Shown here: positions 13,405 through 25,988 of the stretch, piece by piece
How positions within the stretch are numbered: the first letter of the stretch is position 1
Layout of the letters: every line of letters begins with the position of its first letter
NCBI GenBank assembly: GCA_002269645.1
Contig: NIVC01000009.1
Location: 1 to 64,000, forward strand
Length of the DNA: 64,000 bases
Reading direction: 5' to 3'
From: Macrostomum lignano
Lineage: Eukaryota
The notes under the pieces: generated by a model
Told to the model about the DNA's origin: nothing
The model's input: only the letters and a program-made list of their open reading frames with translations
The model's database searches: none
Made by a program: the position numbers and the translations under genes

Positions 13405-14190
13405 TCTCACATCCGGACACCGGTATAACAAATCTCACATCCGGACACCGGTATAACAAATCTCACATCCGGACACCGGTATAACAAATCTCACATCCGG
13501 ACACCGGTATAACAAATCTCACATCCGGACACCGGTATAACAAATCTCACATTCGGACACTGGTATAACAAATCTCACATCCGGACACCGGTATAACAAA
13601 TCTCACATCCGGACACCGGTATAACAAATCTCACATCGGGACACCGGTATAACAAATCTCACATCCGGACACCGGTATAACAAATCTCACATCCGGACAC
13701 CGGTATAACAAATCTCACATTGGGACACCGGTATAACAAATCTCACATTCGGACACTGGTATAACAAATCTCACATTGGGACACCGGTATAACAAATCTC
13801 ACATCCGGACACCGGTATAACAAATCTCACATCCGGACACCGGTATAACAAATCTCACATTGGGACACCGGTATAACAAATCTCACATCCGGACACCGGT
13901 ATAACAAATCTCACATCCGGACACCGGTATAACAAATCTCACATTCGGACACTGGTATAACAAATCTCACATCCGGACACCGGTGTAACAAATCTCACAT
14001 TCGGACACCGGTATAACAAAACTCACATCCGGACACTGGTATAACAAAACTCACATCCGGACACCGGTATAACAAATCTCACATTGGGACACCGGTATAA
14101 CAAATCTCACATCCGGACACCGGTATAACAAATCTCACATCCGGACACCGGTATAACAAATCTCACATCCGGACACCGGTATAACAAATC
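13405..14190. repeat. 28-bp minisatellite
   Basis: Unit CCGGACACCGGTATAACAAATCTCACAT. Confidence 0.95.
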
Positions 14191-14749
14191 TTATGGCACA
14201 CTTAAAAGCCGGATCAAAAACGGGAAAACGGAAAACGCGATTTTGAAGAAGTCAGGATTTAAAATAGTCGCTTATATAATAAACGCCTCAATAAAAGAAG
14301 CAATGCCTGTATGTAGTCGTTAGACAAGCTGAGACTCTGATCTTTAATCATCTAAAAAATTCTCCCCAAGGTTTCCGCTTCACCTGGCCCTCAAAAACCT
14401 ACAGAACAGATAATTAGTCATTAAAAGAGGCACCAACGAATTGAGTCTTACTTAATTGGAAAGTTCATTGGAGTTCGCAGTGAAGAGCGATCAAGATGCG
14501 TGCCAGCAACTAATTAACACCGCATCGGTCAGCAGACTTTCATTTTCACCTGCTTAAGTGCCAGTCTGTAAGTCAATTTGAACACCTAAGAAGATCCCCT
14601 CATTTCGATTTCTCATTTTATCAGATAAAAAATCCCGCTTAACAGCTCCAAGGCGCACGCAAGCTCGATGAGCTGTCGAGATAAAATATGAACGAACTTG
14701 AGTTCACATGGAAGTCCTCAAGTTTACATGCATAAACTTCTGATGATAT

Positions 14750-15260
14750 CTGATGGACCCACCTGGTAGTGAATCATCTACCCTTCCTGATGATACCTGA
14801 CTGACTGGCTCACCTAACAGTGAATCATCCCCTTCCTGATGATACCTGAGTGACTCACCTGGCAGTGAATCATCTACCCTTCCTGATGATACCTGAGTGC
14901 CTCACCTGGTAGTGAATCATCTACCCTTCCTGATGATACCTGACTGCCTCATCTGGCAGTGAATCATCTACCCTTCCTGATGATACCTGACTGCCTCATC
15001 TGGCAGTGAATCATCTACCCTTCCTGATGATACCTGAGTGCCTCACCTGGCAGTGAATCATCTACCTTTCCTGATGATACCTGAGTGCCTCACCTGGCAG
15101 TGAATCATCTACCCTTCCTGATGATACCTGACTGCCTCATCTGGCAGTGAATCATCTACCCTTCCTGATGATACCTGAGTGCCTCACCTGCCAGTGAATC
15201 ATCTGCCCTTCCTGATGATACCTGAGTGCCTCACCTGCCAGTGAATCATCTAACCTTCTT
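14750..15260. repeat. 47-bp minisatellite
   Basis: Unit TCCTGATGATACCTGAGTGCCTCACCTGGCAGTGAATCATCTACCCT. Confidence 0.9.
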
Positions 15261-15841
15261 GATTACTCTGTTTTTGGCCAACTACTTGTTACCCTTCATA
15301 CACAATAAAACAATACTCGTACAATAAGAAAAATGAAATGAGATGTCTAATGAATTTCTTTAAAAGTTAAAAAGAAATTGAACGCAAGCGAAAAAGTGCA
15401 AATGAAAAATGTTGGTTTGCATTGCATAAATCATGTAATAAAGTGAACAATGGGCTACTAACTTGGACTTTATAAATTTAATTATTCTGATAGACAAGCA
15501 CAGCAACACGGCAGGGTTACACAGTGGTGCGAATAACCGAAAGTTCAGTCTACTTCAGACACACCTTGCCGATGCACTTTATAGTAAATAGTTCAATGCG
15601 CTGTACGAGAGGTTGGCAAAGCCGCTGCTGGATTTGCGTAATAAGACGAAAGAGAAAAAACTTATTAGACTTGTTTATGCGAGAAAATAAACACCCCCCC
15701 CCAGTTGTTGAGACCCGCATTCATAGCCTAAGCATTAGGCAAACACAAGTTAAGACAAAAGAGCAGTTTACATTACAGCTACAACTTGCAGTTCAGTCTA
15801 CTACCAGCCCAGTAGCAGTATACACACGCTAACGATATTAT

Positions 15842-18800
15842 TTATACCGGCTTGTAATCCAGCTTGGTCTCCAGCTTCTTAGTGTCGGCAATCTTACGCA
15901 CAGCCTTCATAAAGTCCTCCTCGATGACGTAGTCTCGCTCGGCCCTGATAGCGAACATGCCGGCCTCCGTGCACACGTTGCGCAGATCGGCACCATTGAA
16001 GCCGTCCGACAGCTTTACGACCGCCTCCCAGTCAACTTCGCCGTGCTTGGCTATGGGCCCGGAGTGGATCTTGAGAATGTCCAGCCTGCCCAGCTCGTTT
16101 GGCAGCTGGATTTCAACTTTGCGATCGAGTCGGCCGGGCCGGAGCAGGGCAGGGTCCAGGGTGTCCGGTCGGTTAGTGGCCATGATGATCTTCACCGCGC
16201 CCAGGGCATCGAAACCGTCCATCTGGTTTAGGAGCTGCCAACCGGGTGGATTGAGGGGCAGATTTAAGATTGGAGGGGCGGATCGTGAGGCTGACGGGGC
16301 GGATTGTGAGGCTGACGGGGCGGATGGTGAGGCTGACAGGGGCGTATTGTGAGACTGAAGGGGCGTATTGTAAAGGTCAAGGGGTGGATAGTCTTCTCTG
16401 CAAATAATAAGTAAAACGCACCTCCATGAGCGTCCGCTGAATCTCTCGATCAGCCGACGTGCCCTCGCTGAACCGGCGACCGCCGATGGCGTCGATCTCG
16501 TCCATGAAGATGATGCAGGGCTCGTGCTCTCGGGCGTAGCCGAACATCTCGCGAATCAGGCGGGCGCTCTCGCCGATGTACTTGTCAACGATTGACGAGG
16601 ACACCACTTTTAGGAATTTGGCGTCAATTGACGAAGCGATGGCGCGGGCCAGCAGAGTTTTGCCTGGATGTGCAGAATGGGGGACCCGACTGGCGAAACT
16701 AGCTCTCTCTTTAATAAGTTCAATACAGCTTTATCTATATTAACAGTCTATCTATTTTACCTATCTATACGAATATATATTATATTTCTTCGTATTTAAA
16801 TAAAGAAATTGTGAATCTGCTTGCACTGTGTGTGTGGTTTTTTCGCTTTAACTTCTCCTGGGACCAGTGCAGTAATTTCAAAATTTTCCAGCCGAAGCTT
16901 GTACAGTTCATATAACCGCTAAGCGAAGGATCCTTAACAATCGGAAAGTCGTCTATAATGTCAATACTACCAAGGTGTGTGATCGACAGTGCAGTGTCAG
17001 CTTCCACAACATGGCTGACAGCCGAAGAAATTTGGTGATCGCCAAAGAAATCGCCCAAGAGACCGCGCCGCACAAGACAGGACGGACGGCAACCGTCAAC
17101 AACGTCGAAATTCAGTGGGGCACTGACGACCGCCGCGTCCGGAATCGCCGTCAGGTCAAGTAACCAATTACTGGAAGCCAGGAAGGACGTCGATCCTCCT
17201 GATTGGGAAACCGGCTGGCAAGAAGCCGGTGGCGAAAGACCTTGGCAGACGATACAGCTGCAGCCCTGATCTTCTGCAAACTCGGCTGAAACGCATTGCC
17301 ATCAAACTAAGGTACCTGAATGTACGAGTCGTACGAGTGCTGCTAAGAAAGGTTAGATTAATTTTTTTCTGTTGAAAACGTGACTTTAACAAAACAAACC
17401 ACCAGCTCACTGGGGGTACCCGTTTGAAACCTCTTGTCTGATGTGGCGTGTTCGAATGGACTCCACCAAGCCGTCAGCCCTGTGACAACTGCGCAGGGGA
17501 GGGAACAACAAATGACTTGCAAGGTGGAAGGCTTACCAGCCGCGATTTCGGTCGTTCAACCCGGAAACAGCGCCGACAGAGCAGTGGGAGTCTTCTTGGT
17601 ATTCTTTATTTGGATTTCTATTTTTTTAGGAAAATTTATTGTAATAGCAACCAACGCTGGCACAAATCACCGGGGAGCCAACGCGGACGACGGAAATGGG
17701 GTCTCACGGGGTCTGAATATATAGGCAGCAAACTGGGGTCGAGGGCGCGGGATGAAAGCGGCAACAGGGGGCTTAGACAACAACATGGGACCAAAATGAG
17801 AAGTACCAGCCAATCGCCGAGAGCGCAACACGGCAGACTGGGACGGCAGTCTGGCAGCCAATCACAAACTATAGGGGCGGCAGCTAGACTTAAAAAATGG
17901 GGTGGGGTCGCACGCAAAGAAGGGGGGTTCAATAAACAGACAATGCCTAGGCAGAGGGGGGGTTGGGGGCTACGCACGCTCAGAAGTGAAGGTGGGTGAG
18001 TCAGAAAACATCTGAGGGGGGAGGACGCCGGACGGCCAGACTGGCCCGGCGTAGGATAGTGTACTCATAATAACACATTCATGACAATAGCAATGGAGAC
18101 AGTCATGAACAGACGCTACCTCAATAGGCACTTTCTCAATCTAGCCAGATTAACGCCCGCAAAAGACATAAGGACTGGAAACTGCCTCCTGTTGAAAAGT
18201 CAACAATAACGATCGGCGACGACGAAAGTCTCTATATAATCCAGATGTACAATTTGGGTTTGACCCTCCTATAGTAATCGAAGCGATACGTGGGCAGTTG
18301 AAAAACTGTAGCTCATCTGTCAAAGCGGTCATTCTCTTTCCTTGTGGTCATGACCTACCGAGACGATTTGCAGATGTAATCGTGAATCATTGTCGCAAGC
18401 CCTTTCTAGAGACAAAATTTACACACTTGACTCAGTGGTGGATATCGAGGCAACAGACGGCGTCCGAAGTACTGTGGACAAATTGAACCGCCAGGCAGGG
18501 AATCTCAATCTGTCAGACAAGGTCACACTATCTGGCCAATCCGCCTTGAAAGTCCTAAATATTGTCTATGGCAAAGTGCAAAAAACTAGTAGGTTTCGTG
18601 AATGCGGCCAGCAGCCAAGTGTTGAAATGTATTATGTAAATAATAAACGCCGTTTAATTCACATTCGCCATCCTACGCCAACATATTTGTTTGTCGGGGG
18701 GGGGGGGATCCAAAGCTTCAAAAGCAGCTTTGCTGACTCCTTGATTTTTCAAGCGCTACATTTTTATGGTTTTCGTCGGCACTGAAATCGAACTAAAGGA

Positions 18801-21800
18801 GATGCACAGGCATCTGAATGGATTCGATAGCAACATCCGACTCACGATGCAATGCAGCGGAGAGAAGATTTAATTACTTCCTGGACTGCTGTGTTAGTCT
18901 GACTGACGGAGGCAACAAAAAAGAGACTCGTGCTCTATCTACTTCAAACCCACCGATTCACGCCAGATCTTGCATCTGGAGTCATTTCACTCAAAGCAAA
19001 CATTCTGTGAAATCTGTTTCTCCGATACGCTCGCCGTTGCGCATTTAAAAAAGACTCTGATGAGGCCAGCAGCAGCCTAACAAGCATCCTGAAGAAACAA
19101 GGATACTCTGTCCGCTTAATCAGGGATGCTAAGAAATCTGCTCTCATCCTCCCATCCATATAGGCTTCTACATTGAAGGTTGGTGGGAGTTCCGGCTTCG
19201 AGGATTGTGGTAATTAAAGCTGTCGTCTTTGCAGAGAGCACGTACACTTTGGCTAAGTGTTGTCCAGGATCTAGTGCAACAAAAATGAGATAAAAATATT
19301 TGTCAGAAATTCCGCTGACTCTAGAAATGTGGTGTATGCCATTATGTGCAAGACTTGCTATGACTGCTGTATCTACGTCCGTGAGACTGTAGGCGACTTT
19401 AAGCATATCAGAGCGACATCAGACTGGCTAAGGACACCCCAATCTCCAGACACTTTCGGTCAACAAGCAATCTTCAGTACTTGCGCTTTATGGGTCTGTG
19501 GTTCCCCAGTACTTGAGTGCCTGACCACTAAATAGGGAACCTAGCGCAGGCGGAGGAATATGGAGCAGATTGCAGAATCTCATCGCTTTACTACTACAGA
19601 CTCAGACTCTGGGAGGTTTAAACACATGTTATCACTGAAAAAAGCGTCTGTATCACAATAGTGTTTCGTTTCACGGAGCACTCTGGGCGAGTTGTTCACG
19701 AAATTCGCACGGCCATTTTGTACTTCTATACTCACGACAAATACTACCAATTTTTTTTAATGTGCCGCCCCTTATTACAGCTTTTTTTCTCAATTATACC
19801 CTGGCGAAGACCTAGTTTCCGTCAAAATAATGGTATATTTATTCGAATTTAAATTTTAAAGAAAGGGTGAATTTTTTCGCACTGTGTGTGTCATTTTTCG
19901 TCCTATCTTATCTATCTTATCTTATATCTTATCTTATATCTTATCTATGACCGAAAGGATAGATAATAGTTAATGCCAGTCAGACTCACCTGTGCCAGGC
20001 GGGCCATACAACAGGCAGCCCTTAGGCGGGGAGATGCCGACACGCTGGAAAAGCTCGGGATTAAGCAGCGGCAATTCGATAACTTCGCGCAGCTCGCGAA
20101 TCTGCTCGGACAGGCCGCCAATGCTAGCGTAGGACACGTCGCCGGGATCCTCGGCGCTCATATTATAAACTAGAGGATCTACTTCGCGCGGCAGGCAGCG
20201 CATAATAGTCATGGTGGTCATGTCGAGAGCTACGCGGGTGCCAGACTTCAGCCGTTTCTTGTCGATACTGCGCCGGCAGCCAACAACATAACGCGGCCCA
20301 TTGGTGGCCTTTACAATGAATTTCTCCTCGGTTAGCTGGCGAAGCACTTCGCCAACAATTTGGCCAACACTTTGAAGCGCCTTTAGTGCGTCCTCCGACT
20401 TGTCGAATTCTTTTGTTAGGTCGCGGAGTTTTTCGCGAGCTAAACAGAGTTGGGAATAACAAATTGGAAGTGGATTTTTATTGTTTGCCTTGCAAATCAA
20501 TATTAAATGTACACATTTATAGCAGACTGTTGTTATATATTGACTTATTATAAGTAACATCTATTGGGCCATACCCTACCCAACACAAAAACAATACCAT
20601 TCAAGGACTCTTCCTTGAAGGCCTTTATTGACTATAGTTTATCATTTAAATGATGTGCAAAGTGCAATATTGTTAACCAGATATGGAAGGAAAGAGAACT
20701 GGGGTTGGGATAGTTGTTTAATGTTTTGCTAATGCTAAAAAACTAACTTTTTAATGTTTTTTGCACCTTTAGATTAAGAAAATGAAGAGATAAATGCAAA
20801 CCTTTTATGGTAGCCTACAGCCTTTTCTATAGTGAATATAGGGTTAATACAAAATCTGGTGCTATTTTGTTGAGCAGTTTAGGACTTCAATAGCACTATA
20901 ATTTTATATAGACATATGGACAAAGTTTTGGCTTTTATAAATTGTTCTATAGTCTTGATAATCATTTTGTCTTGTGGTGTTCCTTTATATAGGGACTAAC
21001 TGATTTAATTGGTATGGTATCCACACTTTTTGGTTCATATGCTTTTTAGTAGAGGTCAGACGGGATTCCGATCCTGATCCCGAAATCTCGGGATCCCAAA
21101 GAAAATTGAATTCCCGCGGGACCAGAATCCTGACCCTAAAAAACTCAAGATTTGGGAACAGGTTTTTTGATTAAAAATTTATAGAATTAGTGATTACTTG
21201 AAGGTATTTTGCTTTAACTTGTACTCGTTACATTATTTACTTTGTTGGTTACAAAACTTCATATCAATTTCATTGTTTTACTTCTTGATCTTGACAATCT
21301 TTTCTCAATTTTGTTTAACTTTACATGGACAATACACTAAAAGACCTGATCCCAATTCTCAAATCCCAATCCCGATCCCAATCCCGAGAAAAAAATTATT
21401 CCCAATCCCGATCCCGCCCAAAGATTTCAATCCCGTCCAACCTCTACTTTTCAGTATTTGATATTTCAGTAGTTGTCTTTTTGGTGCCTAAATTATAAAT
21501 TAGATTTAGATGCAAAATAGAAAGTAGGTCCTAATTTAACAATAGATGCTTTGCAATACTTTTTACTTTAAATAACTAAACTATTATTTATTTTGTTGTG
21601 CTGAAATTCTATTTTAATTGTGAATTTTTAAGTGATAATAACTTTTTAAAAATCAATATTATATAATTTGCTATATTTATAATTTCAATTGAAACTTATA
21701 TGTATTATTGATAGATTTCATCTCTACCTAACAAATCTTCTTAGTGTGTATGCTTTGTATAGCATATAGATAGACATTCTGCATAGACATTCTTTGTAAT

Positions 21801-23624
21801 GAGTTTAGGGTAGGCACAAAATTTGGTGTAATTTGGTTGAGTGGTTTGGGAGTCTATAGCAATTAAAATTATACATGGGGCCTTTACAGACAGACAGACA
21901 GATATATAGTTTTCATTTTTATAGATAAAGATATAACATGCACATATATGATAATTCTAACACACACATGCGCAACAGTTGACCGAGTTGGCCAATCTGG
22001 CCGACCAATTTGGCAGCCAACGATGGAAGTTGCAAAAATGCCCACCCAAAAAAATACCAAAGTGTAGCACTAAGTAGCTGATGAGGCATTTTGACTTAAT
22101 AAGACAGTCATAGTTACCTCTGCCGTTTATCCAAAGTTGCATTAATTTTGCATTAGGGTTTTTTACATGTAAGTCGCATTTTTGGCCAAAAACTACATCG
22201 CATTTTTGTTAATACTAATTAATACTAAGTCGCATGGCCGACCAAATTTTGGAGGTTGCGCATATATGTTCTAACATGTATATGGCTAAGAAGCAATCAT
22301 TATAAAATATAATTGTTATTGTTATGGTGACCATATAAATAGCAAGATGGTTATTTTTAGAGTTAACACTTGAAACAAATACTATCTAGATGAAGTGATA
22401 AACTATAATTTGAGCTAGGCCTAAGTCTATAAAATTTAATAAAAAAAGAAACATTATTAATAAATATATTGCTATAATATTGACTTCTAATACTTTTTTT
22501 TGCCATCTTTAGCTGGTTTATTTTAGGTAATTGCGAAACTATTACATTGTAATTTAAATGAAATTTTTTTTATGACTATAAAAATAGCCATTTTGCTTAC
22601 ATATACCGATTGTCCATGTGGACAATTTTAGTGTATTGTCCATGTAAAGTTAAACAAAATTGAGAAAAGATTCTCAAGATCAAGAAATAAAACACAATGA
22701 AATTGATATGAAGTTTTGTAACCAACAAAGTAAATAATGTAACAAGTACAAGTTAAAGAAAATACCTTTAAGTAATCACTAATTCTATAAATTTTTAATC
22801 AAAAGACCTGTTCCCGAATCTTGAGTTTTTTAAAGTCAGGATTCTGGTCCTGTGAGAATTCAATTTTCCTTGGGATCCCAAGATTTAGGGATTGGGATCC
22901 CATCCGACCTCTAATGGTCACCATAAAAAAACAACTGCTATTATAAAAACTATACATATGTGTATATGACATTGCAATTTAAAGTGCATAATGCTTTATT
23001 GTGCAAGATAGGATAACAAGAAGAATAGGATGTACAAGAATCTAAGATAGGTTCTTGATTTAGCATTTACTACTATACAATGAATAGATTCTAGATCCTA
23101 GTGGTCTTCTTCCATTTTTTCACCTTCCAATTTCTCCTAGAAAAGACAATTTGTCATGGCACCCTTCATTGTCTAATGTCCATAATATTTGAGCTTTCTT
23201 TGCTTGATGATTTCCTACAGATTCTGGTTCCTTTCCCAATACCAATACCTCATTAACTTTTCATTTCTCCAAACCCAGTCTACAATACAAAAGATTGGAT
23301 GGGATAACTTAACTTGAAAAACTCAATTTTTTATGGCATTCTATCTATCTTTTTACAGCATTCTTTTATTATGGCAAAAGTTTTATGGCATTATATAGTA
23401 TTCATATTTTAGGTTTATGTGAAAAGCAAAAAGGTTAATTAAAAACTTATTAGTAAGAGAAAAAATTAGTTGCAACGCAAGTAAATCAATATCTTACCCT
23501 CCTTGAGCTTGGCCTCCAATTCACGATGCTCCATTAATTTTTTTCTATAATCTGACAGTGTTTTTTCTCGAAGGGAGACGCCCGCTTGAGCTTCCTGCCC
23601 CGCAGGTGTAGCTGACTGAATCAT
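15842..23624 (-). CDS. PSMC6: 26S proteasome regulatory ATPase subunit 10B (Rpt4); 4 exons
   Basis: Exons 23624-23498 ([27 protein letters not shown]; not in ORF track), 20439-19990, 16663-16422, 16234-15842. Contains Walker A GPPGTGKT, Walker [31 protein letters not shown], and the C-terminus KLDYKPV typical of Rpt4. Confidence 0.96.
16780..19890 (-). mobile_element. Decayed Penelope-like retroelement in PSMC6 intron 2
   Basis: Frameshifted RT-like KPKLYI..YI(D)ETFVA at ~18260-18200. GIY-YIG-like C-terminal remnants at ~17200-16860 ([32 protein letters not shown]). Similar GCACTGTGTGTGT..TTTTTCG motif at both ends (~16823 and ~19878). Confidence 0.5.
21050..21446. mobile_element. hAT-like MITE
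   Basis: TIRs TAGAGGT..CGGGATT / AATCCCG..ACCTCTA; near-perfect 8-bp TSD CTTTTTAG / CTTTTCAG. Confidence 0.75.
22627..22913. mobile_element. Truncated inverted second copy of the hAT-like MITE
   Basis: Reverse complement of ~21050-21340 with scattered mismatches; ends GACCTCTA. Confidence 0.75.
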
Positions 23625-23956
23625 ATTGAGGATATTTAATAAATTATGAAAGTAAAGCTTTTAAGGAAAGATTCTACCCAATTTAATTTATATCTTTAAA
23701 GACAAAACCTGTATCGTGAGAATGGTCTCGTCCGCGTTGCTCAACTCAAGTAAGATATTTTTCAGCACAATTTAAAAAATCTCTTCTCGTTGTAGTTTAA
23801 TCGCCCAATAAACTACTAAATTTAAATTAAATACACAAAGAATATTAAGTGTTCTTATTTGCGCAGTTGATTAATAAAAATATTATTTAAAAGTATTTAC
23901 TTTGTTTAAGTGTGAGCAAGTGCAAAATATTAAAAAAAGTATCGGACCGTGTCAAC

Positions 23957-24547
23957 GGGTGCAGCCCATTTCGGCGAAGGAATTTTCGGCGAAAGACGCT
24001 TCAGCGAAAGTGAATTTTAAGTTTCAATAGATTTACATTTCGGCGAAAGAAAGTGACCAGTTCGGCGAAAAGATGGGCTACGTATATATTGCAAATATAC
24101 CACTTTGGTGATTGAAGCTTTTAATAAATTGTTCATAGCTGCAAATTATTTGCAGCTAGGAAATTTAAAAACTCATGACTTAGCTCGTAGCTATGTTATG
24201 TACATGCGATCTATCGATATGCAGTCGATAGATTAGGGATGATTACGGTGTGGTTTTTCAGATTAAATCCCAGGCTCCTAAAATCGTACTTTGAAATTCC
24301 GCCGTAATGGAAGGGCATCTAATAAAAAAACTAAATTAAACTGCGACAAAACAAAAACATGTTTAGATAAAATTAGTCTTTTTAAAGTTCGTCGTTTTTT
24401 AAACTTACTTCTAAAACAAAAAGCTTCTCAGCGAAGCTTGGAATAAATTTTTCGCCGAATGGTCAGCTTTAAACGAAATGGTCATTGCGAAAGTATTTTT
24501 CGCCGTTATTGACTTTCGCCGAAAATTCTTTCGCCGAAGTTGAAACC
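23957..24547. mobile_element. TIR MITE with subterminal TTCGGCGAAA repeats and 8-bp TSD
   Basis: GTGTCAAC flanks both ends (23949-23956, 24548-24555); GG...CC termini; TTCGGCGAA(A) repeats on the left and TTCGCCGAA on the right. Confidence 0.7.
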
Positions 24548-24753
24548 GTGTCAACTGGTATTTCGCAGCCCATTATAACACATTATAACATTTTTTGTCA
24601 ATGCAGTATTTGATTGCAGAGAAAACTATTTTTGTAAGAGTAATAAAATAAATAACTATAATTTTTATTTGATTTTTTTATTCTTGTTTTCATTATAAAA
24701 TTAAATTATTATCATTTTTTATACGGTCCCGTGCAAATAACGAGTGCCTTAAC

Positions 24754-25047
24754 CAAGGACGACTCAATTCGAAGGACGGGAAACATAGCTCGTCTCTTGG
24801 AAAATTTGAGGAGGCTGGTTCCTAATTTTCTGAACGACAGGCTTTATAAAAAATCAATACAGCTGTCAGAAAGGCACAACGTATCAAAAGATGAGCACTG
24901 CTGGGTCTGCCTCCTATCGAAAGCAGCAATATTTTTTTGTGCTGAAAAAATGAAAACTTCCTATTTCCGTAGTGTATTTTTCTGAAAAACTTGCCTCCTA
25001 AAATTTTCTTGGAAACGAGGTTTCCAGTTCTACTTGAGTCGTCCTTG
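24754..25047. mobile_element. MITE with long imperfect TIRs
   Basis: Left end CAAGGACGACTCAA; right end TTGAGTCGTCCTTG; related copy at ~9012. Confidence 0.65.
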
Positions 25048-25537
25048 ACATGTATGACGTACATTTAATAACGTAATTATACATGTAGAATTAATTACAC
25101 ACATATGTAAATTTTGTATGTAATATGTAAATTTTGTAATGTCCTTGCTGTACTGGTCCTGCTCGTAGTCTACTAATATACGCAGTCTTACTACGTAGTT
25201 CTCACAACTGCACTTATCAAGGGCGCGGCGGAGATTATGTTTCAATGCATACTTTTCAGCAGCTAACTGCTGCTAGTGCATTGCGAGTACAGTCGGAAAG
25301 AGAATTCAATCCAGTATTTCTAAAAATAGAACTTACGACAAGCCCGTCATTTGGTACCTTGTAGTTTTACCGCATACTGCAATGCCTCGGCAAAAAAGGA
25401 AATTACGTAGAACCTAATTTTAATTTTTTTCAGGACTCGACAGTCGCTTAGACAATGTACATAATAAGCTATAAGAAACTAGCTAGTCAGTTTTTAGAGT
25501 TGCAATTGCCTCCATAACAACGCGCATTCAAAACACA

Positions 25538-25988
25538 ATGCCAGCAAGTGTTCCGCAGCAATCTGCCAGTATTCAACGGGTGTCTCAGTCGACAATCGCA
25601 TGGCCTACCCGGATTGACTTCGATGGCAAGCTTTGTAAGTTTATGGTTTTATGGTTTTATGCCATTATGTATACATATAGATAGCGTAGCGTTATGCCCT
25701 GAAAAGTATACGAATTCACTAATCCACACCAAAATCACAGCTGGCGATTTCGAGTCTCCAGCAAATCAAAGCAGCATTTCTGAGCAGCAGCATCAAGAAA
25801 CGGTACGAAAGGAATTTCACCGCTTCAGTCCCGTCTTGATTGACAAGCTCGGCTTTCCACCTGAACTGGTCTGGCGGGCAGTGGAGGACAGCACAGCGAC
25901 CGGAGAGATGCTCAGCGTCAGCCGATTGGCTGTACGAACTCAGCAGCTGTGGGACTCCAGTCTGACCTCCGAAGATAACCAACAATGA
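25538..25988 (+). CDS. Putative 114-aa two-exon protein with C-terminal UBA-like helical motif
   Basis: ATG 25538, exon 1 to 25634 (GTAAG donor), CACAG acceptor, exon 2 25741-25988 in matching phase 1. Motif LIDKLGFPPELVWRAVED resembles the (M/L)GF UBA signature. Confidence 0.45.

Noticed and set aside
13405-14190. CRISPR-like appearance of regular 28-59 bp arrays (here and elsewhere)
   Set aside because: Units are contiguous with no unique spacers, no cas genes, and the context is eukaryotic
19055-19100. CTGATGA-GGC...GCC hammerhead-like segment in the Penelope relic, and a similar one on the minus strand at ~47480-47530
   Set aside because: At 19055 GAAA is missing; at ~47500 stem II is mismatched; neither has a stem III with a GUH cleavage site
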